Shown piece after piece: positions 1-10,600 of a DNA stretch of 64,000 nt; positions within the stretch are counted from its first letter, which is position 1, and each line of letters opens with the position of its first letter. The translations under genes were made by a program, and so were the position numbers. The notes below the pieces were generated by a model that did no database searches, was not told where the DNA came from, and saw only the letters and a list, made by a program, of their open reading frames with translations. Source of the stretch: Prorocentrum cordatum (taxonomy: Eukaryota); contig CAUYUJ010000192.1 of assembly GCA_963575745.1 (NCBI GenBank), forward strand, positions 310,001-374,000, written 5' to 3'.

Positions 1-12
1 TACATCATGATA

Positions 13-39
13 CCAGAACCCTGCGCGCGCTTCGCGCGG
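13..39 (-). mobile_element. Helitron-type 3' terminus (GC hairpin + CTGG|T)
   Basis: Minus strand reads ACCGCGCGAAGCGCGCGCAGGGTTCTGG|T: a GC hairpin a few nt upstream of CTRR, followed by T. The same terminus recurs at 36570-36596. No 5' end identified. Confidence 0.6.
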
Positions 40-1039
40 TTGGGTCCTACCCAGGCACAAGCATCGGATGCGTCGCGAAGCGAATGAGGTCGGGAGCGGT
101 TGCAGGAAAAGCGGTGGATAACTGATGACTCACTGAGGACCGCCAGGCATATAATCCACCCACTGGCACTCGTAACCATCGGCCCTCTCGATGAGCGGGA
201 ATGGAAGAACTGAGAATCATCCCCGAACCTTGATCGTCGAGTCACTCCGCTGCACCCCCCCAGCAGCCCTCGAAAGTGGCGACAGTTTCGCAGATCGCAG
301 CCCCTCAGGGATGGCTAGGCAGGAGGCAAGCTGGCACGCAGAAAGGAGCAGGGAAGGAGAAGACGCGCGGGCAATGTTCTGTCCAAAACGAGTACCCAAC
401 GCAGAAGGGTTGGGAAAAACTGCCTCCAAGACGCCCCCGAGACGCCCCCCATGAGACCCCATCAGCCATCCGAATGGCCTCAGACCCGCAACCCAAGCAC
501 GGTCGCGGGTCCAAGCACTGTGCCATAGGACATTCGATATTCAATCGTCGGGTGTTTTGACAGATGCCCTCTGTCTGTATACGCGGGTTCTCGCCCCATT
601 CCCCATGCGTGCACCGCGAATACTGAGAATGTCAGCCCAAGAGGCCCCGAAAAGGCCCCCAAGAGGCCCCGATGATGCCCCAAAAGAGCTCCGAGAAACC
701 CCCAAAAGGTGCACAAAAGCCCTCAGGAGCAGCACGCAACAACCGCCAGTTCCCCAAGGGGTCGGCGGTGTGGCGTAAGCCCAAGAATCCACGTCCAGAA
801 ATGACGTGTTGCCGGAGGCAGGTCCGCGGATGATGTATTGCAACGTGTCCGATGTATCCAATGACTGCACAATTGCAGCGTATCCGAATTGGTACAGATT
901 GCATTGTGTTACTACATTATCATATCTCCCCCTGACTCTCCCATGGAGCCGCGCCACAGCGCCGTACCAAAGGTGGAGGCCCTCACTCTGGGGCTCAAAA
1001 CATATAAATATCAATGGCAACTCAACACATTCGGCCTCT

Positions 1040-1615
1040 TGAGGTTTCAATGTTGTTTTTGTTTCCAAGGGGGCCTCAAGATGGCCCAAGATGGCCCCAA
1101 GACGACCCAAGAAGGCCCCAAGACGACCCAAGATGGCCCCAAGAGGGCCCATGAGGTTCCCAAGACGGCCCCAGAGGGCCCCAGAGGGACCCAAGAGGAC
1201 CCCCGAGAGTACCTCCAGAGGCCAATGTCATTGTGTTTCCTCAGGTGTTTGAAAGATTTTAGCGTTCTCGTCTTTTTCTATCCTTAGAGGTCCTTGACGG
1301 CCCAAGCAGCCTCCAAAATGGTCCCACGACGGCCCCAGAGACCCTCAAGAGGACCCCACGCCGGCCCAGGAGGGCCCCAAGACGGCCCAAAGAGGCCCCC
1401 AAGACTGCCCAAGAGGACTCCAAGAGAGCCCCATGGCAGCCGCGAGAGGCCCACAGGATGGCCTCCGAAAGAGCCAAACGGCGCAAGAGCGCCGCAAGAC
1501 GGCCCAAGGCGCCTCCAAGAGGCCCAACGAGGCCCCAAAGAAGCCCCCGAGAGGCCCCAAGAAGCCCACAAGAGGTTTCCAAGAGGCCCCAAAGAGGCTT
1601 CCACCAGGCCCCACA
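1040..1615 (+). repeat. GGCCCCAAGA/GACGGCCCAAGA degenerate 10-11-bp tandem repeat (Helentron-like family A core)
   Basis: Dozens of ggcc(c)caaga units; same motif as 2640-3190 and 29040-29660, and inverted at 40300-43860. Confidence 0.85.
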
Positions 1616-2256
1616 ACTTCTGGACTGCACGTGCTCCGGACGTGCACCCCGCGAAGCGAGAGGAAGAAGTAGAACTCGCGCATATCGAGAGACCTACGCA
1701 AGACGGCTCGCACCATGCGAGTTATAATTCACATGGGGTCTTCTGACATGCGGAGCGTGAAGCAACACGTTAGCTGGAGCGCTCGCAACAGTCGGAGCCT
1801 CAATCTGCACCTGGTGGCAACGCACTCCGTACTGTTCGGCCCCTGGGGCGCTGGTGCTTGTGTTGGGATGGCCCGTCGCCGTATGAATTACTTTTTCGAT
1901 TCCTGAGGCTCTCGGCTTCTGATGGCCAACCTTTCACCGCTGCAAAGGCCATAAATTCGAGGGAGAGGTACAGGAACAAGAACCAGATCACAAACGAAAG
2001 CTGAACAGAGCCCACTTCCAGCGTAATTAAACCCTTGGGCCGAAGGCCCCAGTTAAACATGTCAAGGAACACCCTGCGTTTCTCGGTAAGGGAGAGAGGA
2101 TTAGAAATGGAATCTCAACTAACGTAACTAGTCGAGCTTCCCAGAACATCCCGCCATCTCCACACATCCCACACCGAAGCTCTTCACGACACAACAACTG
2201 ATGAGCAAAGTCGGCCCACCCCCGCGAAATATGGACTCTGGATCCGATTGGCGTGA

Positions 2257-2416
2257 AGTCGGGCCTGTCCCTCTACCGGAGGAATGCTCCAACATAGGTT
2301 TGAAAAGAAAATATATGGGGACGATGTTTGGAGCATGTTTGACAATGTTTGATAATCTTTTTGGCTGTTTTACCTGTCGTCCAAACAATCCGCCTGTAGG
2401 GGGGCACGTTCGACCT
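2257..2416. mobile_element. Tourist/PIF-Harbinger-like MITE (~160 bp)
   Basis: Imperfect TIRs GTCGGGCCTGTCCCTCTACCGG / CCTGTAGGGGGCACGTTCGAC flanked by TGA/TAA. Related copies at ~3641-3990 and 33241-33397. Confidence 0.5.
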
Positions 2417-2467
2417 AAGATTGGCGTTATGTTGCTCCCATCGCACTTAAAGACCACATCCCAGAAA

Positions 2468-3470
2468 TTCGCCGGCCCAACAGGCCGAAGGCGTGCTGAG
2501 ATCTCCGGTAACTGGTTAACAATATTTCTAGTTCGCGCGCGCGGGGCGCCCCTGGATCAAAAGTACCTCGAGAGGAGCCCGAGAGGGTCCAGGGAGGAGT
2601 CCGGGAGGGTCCTGGGAGACTCCCCCGGGGCCCTCTGGAGCGCGCCAAGAGTGCCCCAAGAAGAGGCCCCCAAGACTGCCCAAAGGGCCCCCGAGACGCG
2701 CAAAGAGCGCGCCAAGACGCCGATGATGACCCCAAGACGGCCCAAGAGGCCTCCAAGTGGCCTCCAAGAGGCCTCACAAGAGGGCCCCGAGAGGCCAAAA
2801 TCATACATTCTACTATGATTTTAGAAGGATTTGGGCCGTGTCCCCTTCTCGGCCATCCGATGCTCCAAGACGGCCCAAGAGGCCCCCAAGAGCGCCCCAA
2901 GACGGGCCAAGAGGCTTCAAAGAGGGCCCCAAGAGGGCCCAAGAGGGCCCCGAGACGGCCCAAGAGGCGCCCAAGACGGCCCCAAGAGGGGGACCACGAA
3001 CCGAAACCTCGCGCCTTCCGCCCCAAGAAGGCCCCAGGAGGCCCCGAGAGGCCTCCAAGAGGCCCCAAGATGCCGCCTAAAGGCCCCAGGAGGCCCCCAG
3101 CAGGCCCCCCAGAAGGCTTCAAAAATGCCTCCCAGGCGCCCCCGAACGGCTTCTCAAAAGACCCCAAGAGTCCTCCCAAAGAAGCAGCTTGACGACGACC
3201 CTGTTTGGCCCCAAGAACAACACAAGATGCCAACGAGAAGCTTCCTCCTCCGCCCCTTCCTCTTCCTCCTCCTCCTCCTCCTCATCCTCCTCCTCCTCCT
3301 ACTTATCTTCCTCCTCCTCCTCCTCTCCTTCTCATCCTCTCCTCCTCCTCCACTCCCCTTCCCCATCCTCATCTTCTTCCTCCTCGGCGGCGCCACAATG
3401 GCCCCGGGCCCACGGCGAAGCAGTAGCGATCATGCAACATGGGCCGGCGGAGTGAGCGAAGCGATTGAAT
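2468..3470 (+). mobile_element. Non-autonomous Helentron/DINE-1-like element, family A
   Basis: TT + subTIR CGCCGGCCCA (2470-2479); its perfect reverse complement TGGGCCGGCG at 3440-3449, followed by a GC-GAA-GC stem-loop and AAT; central GGCCCCAAGA repeats. Second copy at 28819-29844. Confidence 0.7.
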
Positions 3471-3706
3471 AATTTCGAGAACCCGGAACAGTGTCGAAAG
3501 AGTGTCGAACGAGTGTCGAAGCAGTGTCGGACGAGTGTCTCCCAGGGCCCGACGCGTGAACATCCTCGAGTCTCGGCACCTTTCTCTGGTGCTCGACCTT
3601 CTCTCTGGCGCTCAAGGCCAAAGCAGGCTGGAACACCATGAGGTCGGGGACGATCTTTGGAGCATGTTTGACAATGTTTGATCATCTGTGTGGGTATGTT
3701 TTTTTT

Positions 3707-3925
3707 GCATCAACAGTGCCCTGGAACCTGCGGCCCGCGAGTGAAAACCGAAACTGAATAGGCAGGGACTGGCTGTCCGCCCAGACATCGGCAGCGAACG
3801 ATTGAACACCAGTCGAACGATCCGTTGTTGTGCAGAGTCTGCGTAGGCTTGTCCAACATGTCAACGCTCTCCTCCATAGTCCTGGCGAATAGCAGCAAGT
3901 CGTCTGCGAAACGACTGGTGTTCAA
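3707..3925 (-). pseudogene. Non-LTR (LINE) reverse-transcriptase fragment
   Basis: Translation NTSRFADDLLLFARTMEESVDMLDK contains the RT [YF]ADD motif in LINE-like context. Lies between two copies of TCTGT(G/T)TGGGTATGTTTTT inside a MITE. Confidence 0.65.
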
Positions 3926-4502
3926 TCTGTTTGGGTATGTTTTTTCTGTCGTCCAAAGAAATCAGCCTGTAGGGGGGCACGCCTAACCTGCGGTTGGCGC
4001 CTCGAGTGCCCCCCCCCCCCGTGGGGGGCGGCCTCGAGCGCCGCGCCCGGCGACGAGGCGGCCCCGCGCAGCCCGAGGCCGCCCGCACCGCTCGCACGGC
4101 CTCCCGGCACCGCTCGCACGGCGAGCCCGCCGTTTGCCGAGGCGGCGCCTCGGCTCCCTGCCTCGAGCAGGGGCCGACCGGCCCTCTCTTCGCCAGCCGA
4201 GCACTGATGTGCGTGTTCAGAGCGTCTGCGAGGGTCCCGTTGCCATCTTGGCTCAGGAGCTCTACAGAGGGTTCCCGCGGCGATCCACCTGGTCTCCTCC
4301 CCCCTCGGGATCTGGAGGCTGGGGGCTCCCGTCGGGCCTTCGTCTCGAGCGGCATCGTGTCGACACGGCAGTCCTACAGCCCTACCACGAGCTGTTCCTG
4401 GAGCCCCAAACATGTTCTCCGGACAAGAACCATGCGTTCTCAGAACAGAGGCCCGAGGTGAGAAAGCACGACGGGCTCCGCCAGACATGGTCTAAGAACA
4501 TT

Positions 4503-4677
4503 TCGGCGGTCGGTGGACAAACCTCCCTTTAGTAAACCTCCCCGGAATGAAAACGGCCTGGGACCGAAACCGACGGACCTGGACCCGCAAAAATGACGGC
4601 CGCGACGCCCTCTCGCGAACCGAAAACGGCCAATTCCTCAATCGACGTGTCAGGGTAGGAGGCCTGTCCAACCCCGA
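4503..4677. mobile_element. MITE family B1 (TCGG..CCGA, 5-bp TSD ACATT)
   Basis: Imperfect ~20-bp TIRs; ACATT at 4498-4502 and 4678-4682; near-identical to 37756-37926. Confidence 0.8.
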
Positions 4678-4920
4678 ACATTTCCCGACCGTCCGTCGTC
4701 CGACCGTCCCGGCATTCCTACAGCCCTACCACGAGCTGCTCCTGGAGCCCCAGACACGATCTACGGACAAGAACCATATGTTCTCAGAGCAGAGGCCCGA
4801 GGTGCGAAAGCACGACGGGCTCCGCCGGACGTGTTCTGAGAACAGCTCGTGGGAACCACGAAAGGTTCTTAGAACATTGTCTGGTAGGGCCTGTCGGCGA
4901 GCCAGGACGCCTCGCCACTG

Positions 4921-5114
4921 TCGGGTCGGGCGAAAGGGGGGAATAGCGAAGGGGGGGTCTGAGAATCAGCTCACGTAGCTGAGTTTCCCGGCGCCTCCCG
5001 GCGCCGGAGGCGGCCATGTATCGAGGAATGGGCCCCTCGGTGAGGCCGAAACCAGCTGCATGCAGCAAATTTCGCACCCCCCCTTTCCCAATCCCCCCCT
5101 TTCGCCCGGCCCGA
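4921..5114. mobile_element. MITE family C (TCGG..CCGA, 5-bp TSD CACTG)
   Basis: TIR TCGGGTCGGGCGAAAGGGGGG / CCCCCCTTTCGCCCGGCCCGA; CACTG at 4916-4920 and 5115-5119. Confidence 0.85.
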
Positions 5115-5257
5115 CACTGCCTGGCGCACGGCGAGCGCCTGCCTTGCCGAGGCGGCGCCTCGGCGCCACGCCTGCGCCCGCCTGCCAGAAGCCGCCCCAG
5201 CCCGACCCGAAGAGCCGCACCCTGCCCGAGCTTTTCGGGCTGGGAGGGGGGGACTTA

Positions 5258-5445
5258 CGGCAAGTTCGTGTCGTGACGACCTCGGCGTTGGTTTTTGACA
5301 CCGCGTGGATCGTTCAACCTTGAACGATCGGCGGCTTTTCGATCGCCCGATCGTTCCATATAGGCCGATTCTGGGCCACTGGCGGCGTTCAACCTTGAAC
5401 GCCCGCGGCGGGGTCGCCGATGGTCGACACGACGCAAACCTACCG
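5258..5445. mobile_element. TA-flanked (Tc1/mariner-type) MITE with internal palindromes
   Basis: TA|CGGCAAGTTCGTGTCGTG ... CACGACGCAAACCTACCG|TA; internal hairpins GATCGTTCAACCTTGAACGATC and GGCGTTCAACCTTGAACGCC. Copies at ~17438-17625 and ~23364-23554. Confidence 0.75.
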
Positions 5446-5447
5446 TA

Positions 5448-5601
5448 CCAGCCTGGAACACATCCCTATCCCTATGCTGGGCACCTCCTCATCACGACGC
5501 CAGTCTTAGGGATTCCCCCATGTTTTGAGGGCGCGACTCCCTAAGATTGTCATCGCCTTTTGGCGTGTCAATCTTCGGGATAGGGATACGTTCGAGGCTG
5601 G
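5448..5601. mobile_element. TA-flanked MITE (CCAGCCT..AGGCTGG)
   Basis: TIR CCAGCCTGGAAC..ATCCCTATCCC / GGGATAGGGATACGTTCGAGGCTGG; shares the TA at 5446-5447 with the previous MITE. Copy at 34463-34616. Confidence 0.75.
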
Positions 5602-5946
5602 TAAGGGTACGGGTTCCAGATGTGTCTTTGCCAGTGCTCCCCGCCCCCCCCCGCCCACTAGAAGTAGAGGGCAGATCGGGGCCTTCGGGCTGGGTTGGGG
5701 GTGGTCTGGTGGGCGGTGAGGCTGCACCGGCGGATGGGATGGCACGGGAGGGGGGGGGAGGGGAAGGCGAGATCCGGCACGCGCTTCCTCCCCCCGCCCT
5801 CCAGAGAGCTCCTGCCAGCACAGCCGGCGGCAGCCAGGGGGGTGCCCTCCCCAGACGTTTCCGAGCCACTATCGCCTTGAGGCCTCCGATTCCTGCCACC
5901 AGGGCCTGGCCCCTGCAAACGCTCCGACGTCCTGGGCTGCGGCGTC

Positions 5947-6118
5947 TCGGGGATGGACAGACCCCCCTTTAGTGGAACGTGGTTTATTGAAAACGACCTG
6001 AGGCCCAAACCTGGTGGGCGCAAGCCTGGAAAATAACGGCCACGGCGCCCTCTCGAGAACCGCAAACGGACAATTCACTAATCGACGTGTCACTGTTGGG
6101 GGTTCTGCCCACCCCCGA
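5947..6118. mobile_element. MITE family B2 (5-bp TSD GCGTC)
   Basis: TCGGGGATGGACAGACCCCCC ... GGGGGTTCTGCCCACCCCCGA; GCGTC on both sides; 172 bp. Confidence 0.85.
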
Positions 6119-6262
6119 GCGTCGGCCGGCGCGCCCGCAGCGCAGCGGCCTTCGACAGCCCGGCCTGGAAGGCTCGCGCAGTATCGCGGGGCTCGACATG
6201 CGCAGCAGCTGTGATCTGGGTGGCCACGCCTCCGCGCTCGACAGTCGGGCGCCCGATGGAGC

Positions 6263-6518
6263 TTTGGGTGACTCAAAAGGGGGTCCAGCTGAACAGGGGT
6301 GGTGCAATAGATTTCGAGCAATCGTATTGCAAATTTACTGCGCCGGAGAATTGTATTGCATTGTATTGCAAGTAATGTATTGCACGCGGAAATCCAGCAA
6401 TACATTTGCACCCCGGAATGTATTGCACGCCCCAAATGTATTGCAACCCCACAAATCGATTGCACCAAATCTATTGCACCACCCCCTTGTCGCTGGACCC
6501 CCTTCTTGGTCAACCCGA
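6263..6518. mobile_element. MITE family D with ~50-bp TIRs (5-bp TSD GGAGC)
   Basis: GGGGGTCCAGC..GGGGTGGTGCAATAGATTT vs AAATCTATTGCACCACCCC..GCTGGACCCCC; internal TATTGCA repeats; GGAGC at 6258-6262 and 6519-6523. Confidence 0.75.
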
Positions 6519-6611
6519 GGAGCGCCCAAGCCAAGCAAAAACCCGCCGGAAGGATGACGGCAATGCTGAATATACCCACCCCAAACAACATCGTCGCTGT
6601 CGGATATTGAA

Positions 6612-6773
6612 TAGAGAGCAGAAAATCCACCCCGATGATAACCATCCCGACACGCGAAGCCGTTTAGCAAACGCGCCCCAAGAAGGAATCAAACAGGGCA
6701 GGGCTGTTCAGTAAACGCCCAGGGCCGTTTAGTAAACGCCACTTGCCCGCTCCGGCTGTTTTTTCCTCCCTTG
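6612..6773. mobile_element. Dispersed ~160-bp MITE-like repeat
   Basis: Close copy at ~24005-24166 (shared AGCAGAAAATCCACCCCGATG..GAAGCCGTTTAGC..TTTTTCCTCCCTTGA); weak TIRs. Confidence 0.6.
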
Positions 6774-7330
6774 ATTAAAGGACGACAAATTCCTGAGACA
6801 ACCTGACGGCGATCACCAAAGCTTCGAGCTCACCCATCGGCACCGACTGGCCCCTGCTCGAAACATGGGGGCCCGAAAACGCAGGGCCCGACTCGCAGCA
6901 GTGATGGCAACTCCAACGCTCCTGAGGCGAGGTCCCTTGCTGTCGCGACATTCTGGCGCGCCCCAAAAAATGTGCTGCGGCGAGGACTTAGCCCCATGGC
7001 CAAGGGCTCCTGGCTCCAACTCTGGTGCGAGACTATCACAAGCTTTCGAGTTGTCGATCTCCTCGGGAGGGGGAACAGCAGTCCAAGCAGCAGGGGTGGC
7101 CCCACTGAACCAGAAACACGAAAACAGTACTACCTCCGCCACCGCATCCTCGGACTCGGAACCAAAAACTGCGATCTCGATTCTCGGGACAGGTCCAGCA
7201 CCCATGGAGTGGAGCCCCCGCTGCCGGAGGGTACCCTGCTTGGACGCATCTCGGGCAATCGTTGCTAGCAACAAGATTGCGAGGCTCCTTCCTCTCCTCC
7301 GCTCAACTCCTTCTCAGAAGGTGGCGAGAC

Positions 7331-7502
7331 TCGGGGATGGACAGACCCCCCTTTAGTTAAACGTGGTGAAGTGAAAACGACTTCGGGCCCAAACCTGGCG
7401 GGCGCAAGCCTGGAAAATAACGGCCACGGCGCCCTCTCGAGAACCGAAAACGGACAATTCACTAATCGACGTGTCACTGTTGGGGGTTCTGTCCACCCCC
7501 GC
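7331..7502. mobile_element. MITE family B2 (5-bp TSD GAGAC)
   Basis: 172-bp close copy of 5947-6118; GAGAC at 7326-7330 and 7503-7507. Confidence 0.85.
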
Positions 7503-7704
7503 GAGACTTCTGAAGAGCCCTCGCGCGCCTTCCGAGAAGGCCTTCTCCTCACATCCCCCCCGTCTCGCTCGCCGCCGATGCTCTCGGCCCGCACCCGGCG
7601 CGCCCAATCTGCCAGGGTCACAGCTCGAATCAGGGTCGCCTGCCCGCGTTCTTTTTGCTGCACGGGGCGGGGGGTGGTTCCGCGTCGCGCGGCATTCCCG
7701 AGTA

Positions 7705-7817
7705 CAGTCGGGGCGTTGACCTAAGGAACGATAAATGAGGAACGGGGCCCCTTTTCTCCATAAGTTAAACTTCGATTTACCATCGGGAACATAAGCAAAC
7801 CTTCAGCGCCCCGACTG
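7705..7817. mobile_element. pogo/mariner-type MITE (TA|CAGT..ACTG|TA)
   Basis: TIR CAGTCGGGGCGTTGA / TCAGCGCCCCGACTG with TA on both sides; longer copy at 19244-19418. Confidence 0.8.
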
Positions 7818-8844
7818 TATAGGGCAAGGGGGAAGTGGCGCACAACGGCTGCACGTCTGGTGGCGCAAAGCACGCACGAGTGCTAGAATGCCTCTCCGCT
7901 CTTCCATTCGAGAACCGACACCGAAGGAGCGCAGTTCGACGTGATGCAGCGCACGGCTGTGGTGGGCTGCGCAGACTTGGAAACAAATGGAGGCAGGCAC
8001 CGGAGATAAGATGGCAAATCGAGATGGGCTGCTCTTCGTGCGCAGAGGAAGGGCATCGAGAGAAGAGGACGGAGGCAGGAAGCGCCGAAGAAGGAGTAGG
8101 GGAGGAAACGAGGGAGAAAGGAAAATGCGGCGAAGATAAATGACGCGGCCGCTGATTTACGACACTGCGTGGACCGCGTAGCATTGGACAAATCCGATTC
8201 CTGGCTTCTTGCGGCATTGAATTCAACCTTGCGCGCCGGGGGCTAATTTGGCCCCCGCCGCGTCATCGCGGCGCGAACCTACCGAAAAATGTTCGTGGCG
8301 TGGACGCCCAAAAACCTCGACTGTTTCCTTCCCTGGCCGGGGGCGCCCACCATTCCCTTTTGAGTCGTCCCGCTGCTTAGAAACGGCCTTCGGGGGCCAG
8401 GAAAAAAGGAAACCTGGCCGCGGCGACCTTGTCCGACGCCCGGAACTGAGGAGAAGAGGGACAAAGGAAGACCGCGGACAGTTTGCTGACAAAGAGCGCT
8501 GCAATACTATTGTATACCCCTCTGCGTCCGATGAGAAAGAGGGCAGGGTCGGTCAACATCGGACCTCTGAGACTGTATGTCGACCTAGGTAACCTAACAT
8601 CGCGCCCCGCGACCCGCCATGCGCGACGCGCGAATACCTTCGCGCCCTCGCGCCGCCTCCTCGGCGAAGGGCAACCATTCTGGGTCAGACCGCGACGGCG
8701 AAGCGCGATGACGTTTGCGCCCCCGTGGGTGACACAGCGAAGGTTTATGTTCGTTCAATTTGCTCGTGGCCTGTCCGCATTGCCCCCGCCGCCTGCGCCC
8801 AAATCAGCGATTGGGGGCCGATGCGAATTCCCCACCGACCCTTT

Positions 8845-9035
8845 GAAGGGGCCTTGGGACACACACGTAAATACACACAGAGAGACGGATCCCAAATATT
8901 TTCCAATCTTTCCTTGGCTTTTGTTTTCCCCACCATTTCCTATATGTTCCCATACCTCCTCCTCCTCCTCCTCCTCCTCCTCGTCCGTATTTTCGGGGGT
9001 ATCGACGATTCGTTGTGTCTGTGTGCTTCTTCCCT
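8845..9035. mobile_element. Dispersed ~160-190-bp AT-rich repeat (AGGGG..GGACACAC..TGTCTGTG..CCT)
   Basis: Four related copies: here, ~18701-18860, ~34120-34275 and ~34715-34872; weak TIRs. Confidence 0.6.
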
Positions 9036-9523
9036 CCTGGCCCTCATCCCCCCAGAGACGCTCCTCGCCTGGCCTCCGAGCCAGACCTCGGGTCTCCCGG
9101 CGGCCGCCCCCGCGACGACCCGGGCACGCCCGGGCGCCGCTCGGCCAGGCGCAGCTGCTAGAGAGCACCGCCGCCGCTGGTGTGGGCGGGCGGGGAAATC
9201 AAAAAGAATGTAGGCGCCATCGCTGCGGGGCGGCCGCGCCCGCGCGGGCGGCGGCCGCCAAGCGCGCCCCCTCTCCGCGCCGCCCTGCAGCGAGGCTGGA
9301 ACGCCGCCGAAAACGGACGAGAACGGCAGAAAACCTTCGGACCTCCGAACTCGAGCCTCGAGTGCGAACCTTCGAGCATCGGACTCGAGCCGACCGAAAT
9401 TCGAACCTTCGAACCTTCGAACCTCGAGCGTGGCCCCGGACACCCGCGGCGCGAGGCCCGGGGGGCGTCCAGGAGGGGGGCTCGCGAACCGTGGCCCGGG
9501 GCACGTGCGCGGACTGGGGTGTG

Positions 9524-9713
9524 TGTGATAAGGATGGCGCGCGCGGCGCGGCAATCTCTGTCGTGTGAGAGCGCTGCTCGATCAAACTGCGCAGCTCTAA
9601 GGCCAAGGGCCCTATTCGAGAATAAACGGCGGCGGCAGGGTCTGGGCCGTTCTAGCCTTTCTGGGGAACGTCTTCGGGCATCTCTCTCTTCCTGGGAGTG
9701 AGCTTGAATCGCG
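9524..9713 (-). repeat. 3' LTR (degenerate, internally shorter)
   Basis: TGTGATAAGGATGGCGCG..GGCCCTATTCGAGAATAAACGGCGGCGGCA..GAGTGAGCTTGAATCGCG aligns with 16879-17122; adjacent CTCCTCC (9714-9720) reads GGAGGAG on the minus strand (short PPT). Confidence 0.85.
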
Positions 9714-9799
9714 CTCCTCCTAGTCGCCGCCTAGGGTGCCCGTAGCGGGGACTGAACACAAATCGCTCGCAGCTTCGTTCGGAGCAGAAAAGATTAGCC

Positions 9800-10600
9800 T
9801 TGATAGTCGAGGTAGCGGGAGTGCAAAAGAAAGGGACAACACTTTCCGCAACGCGTTCGCGAGCAAACAGGCTCGCACGGCTTGCGGAGCAAGCAGCCCA
9901 CGGGGCGATTTAACGGGTGCTCGCGCGCACCTGCAACACACATTCTCGTACAAACGGGCTCTCGGCTCGATATCCTTAATACTGGGCAGTAAGGTAGCAA
10001 TAAAATATGAAATTCGTGTGGTCGTCACCACTTCTGGAAAATCTGATCACGCTGAACGAAGCTTCTGCAATGCGGAGTTGCGTGTAGATCTGTGGCCAAG
10101 GGGGGAAAACTGAATGCAGACCTACGTAAACGGAGCCGCGTGTAAAGTCCCCACTGCAATGCGGACTTACGTGAACGGGGTCGCGACAGGCGACCGTCTG
10201 GCAACGGCGGCAGAACATTTACCGGCTCGAACGGTAAAACTGCCACCCAGGCACCGGGCGGCGCTCAGAGACCCTTTGTTGGAAGGTTTTGACGACGGGG
10301 TCTTGAGGTCTCTGCCTGTGATCTTCAACCGACGGCTCAGTCGGTCGTTCATCACTGGGCTCGCAAACATGGAAGGTCTGGATCACTCTCGCGGTAAAGG
10401 CGTACGAGCCATGATGAGTGCAACTTGCGCGTCTTGCAAGTAGTGTAGACGCTGCGTGTATATGCCCACATATGAAATCATGTCTGCATACCACGGGGCC
10501 TATCATCTCGTTCGGCGATGCTGTCGGCGAGGATCAAACGCGAAACCACGCCGGTCGATGATGAGCTCGAAACAGCGGCGATGCTTGGCGATGTGGGAGC
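9800..10600 (-). pseudogene. Highly decayed copia RT/RNase H remnant
   Basis: Minus strand TAT GCA GAC (at) GAT TTC ATA TGT GGG = frameshifted YADDFICG near 10466-10491, with GFAFDP upstream. Downstream AEASF, RLYENV and LLANALRK resemble RNase H DASF, SLYD and LADxLTK. Position fits, but similarity is weak. Confidence 0.45.
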
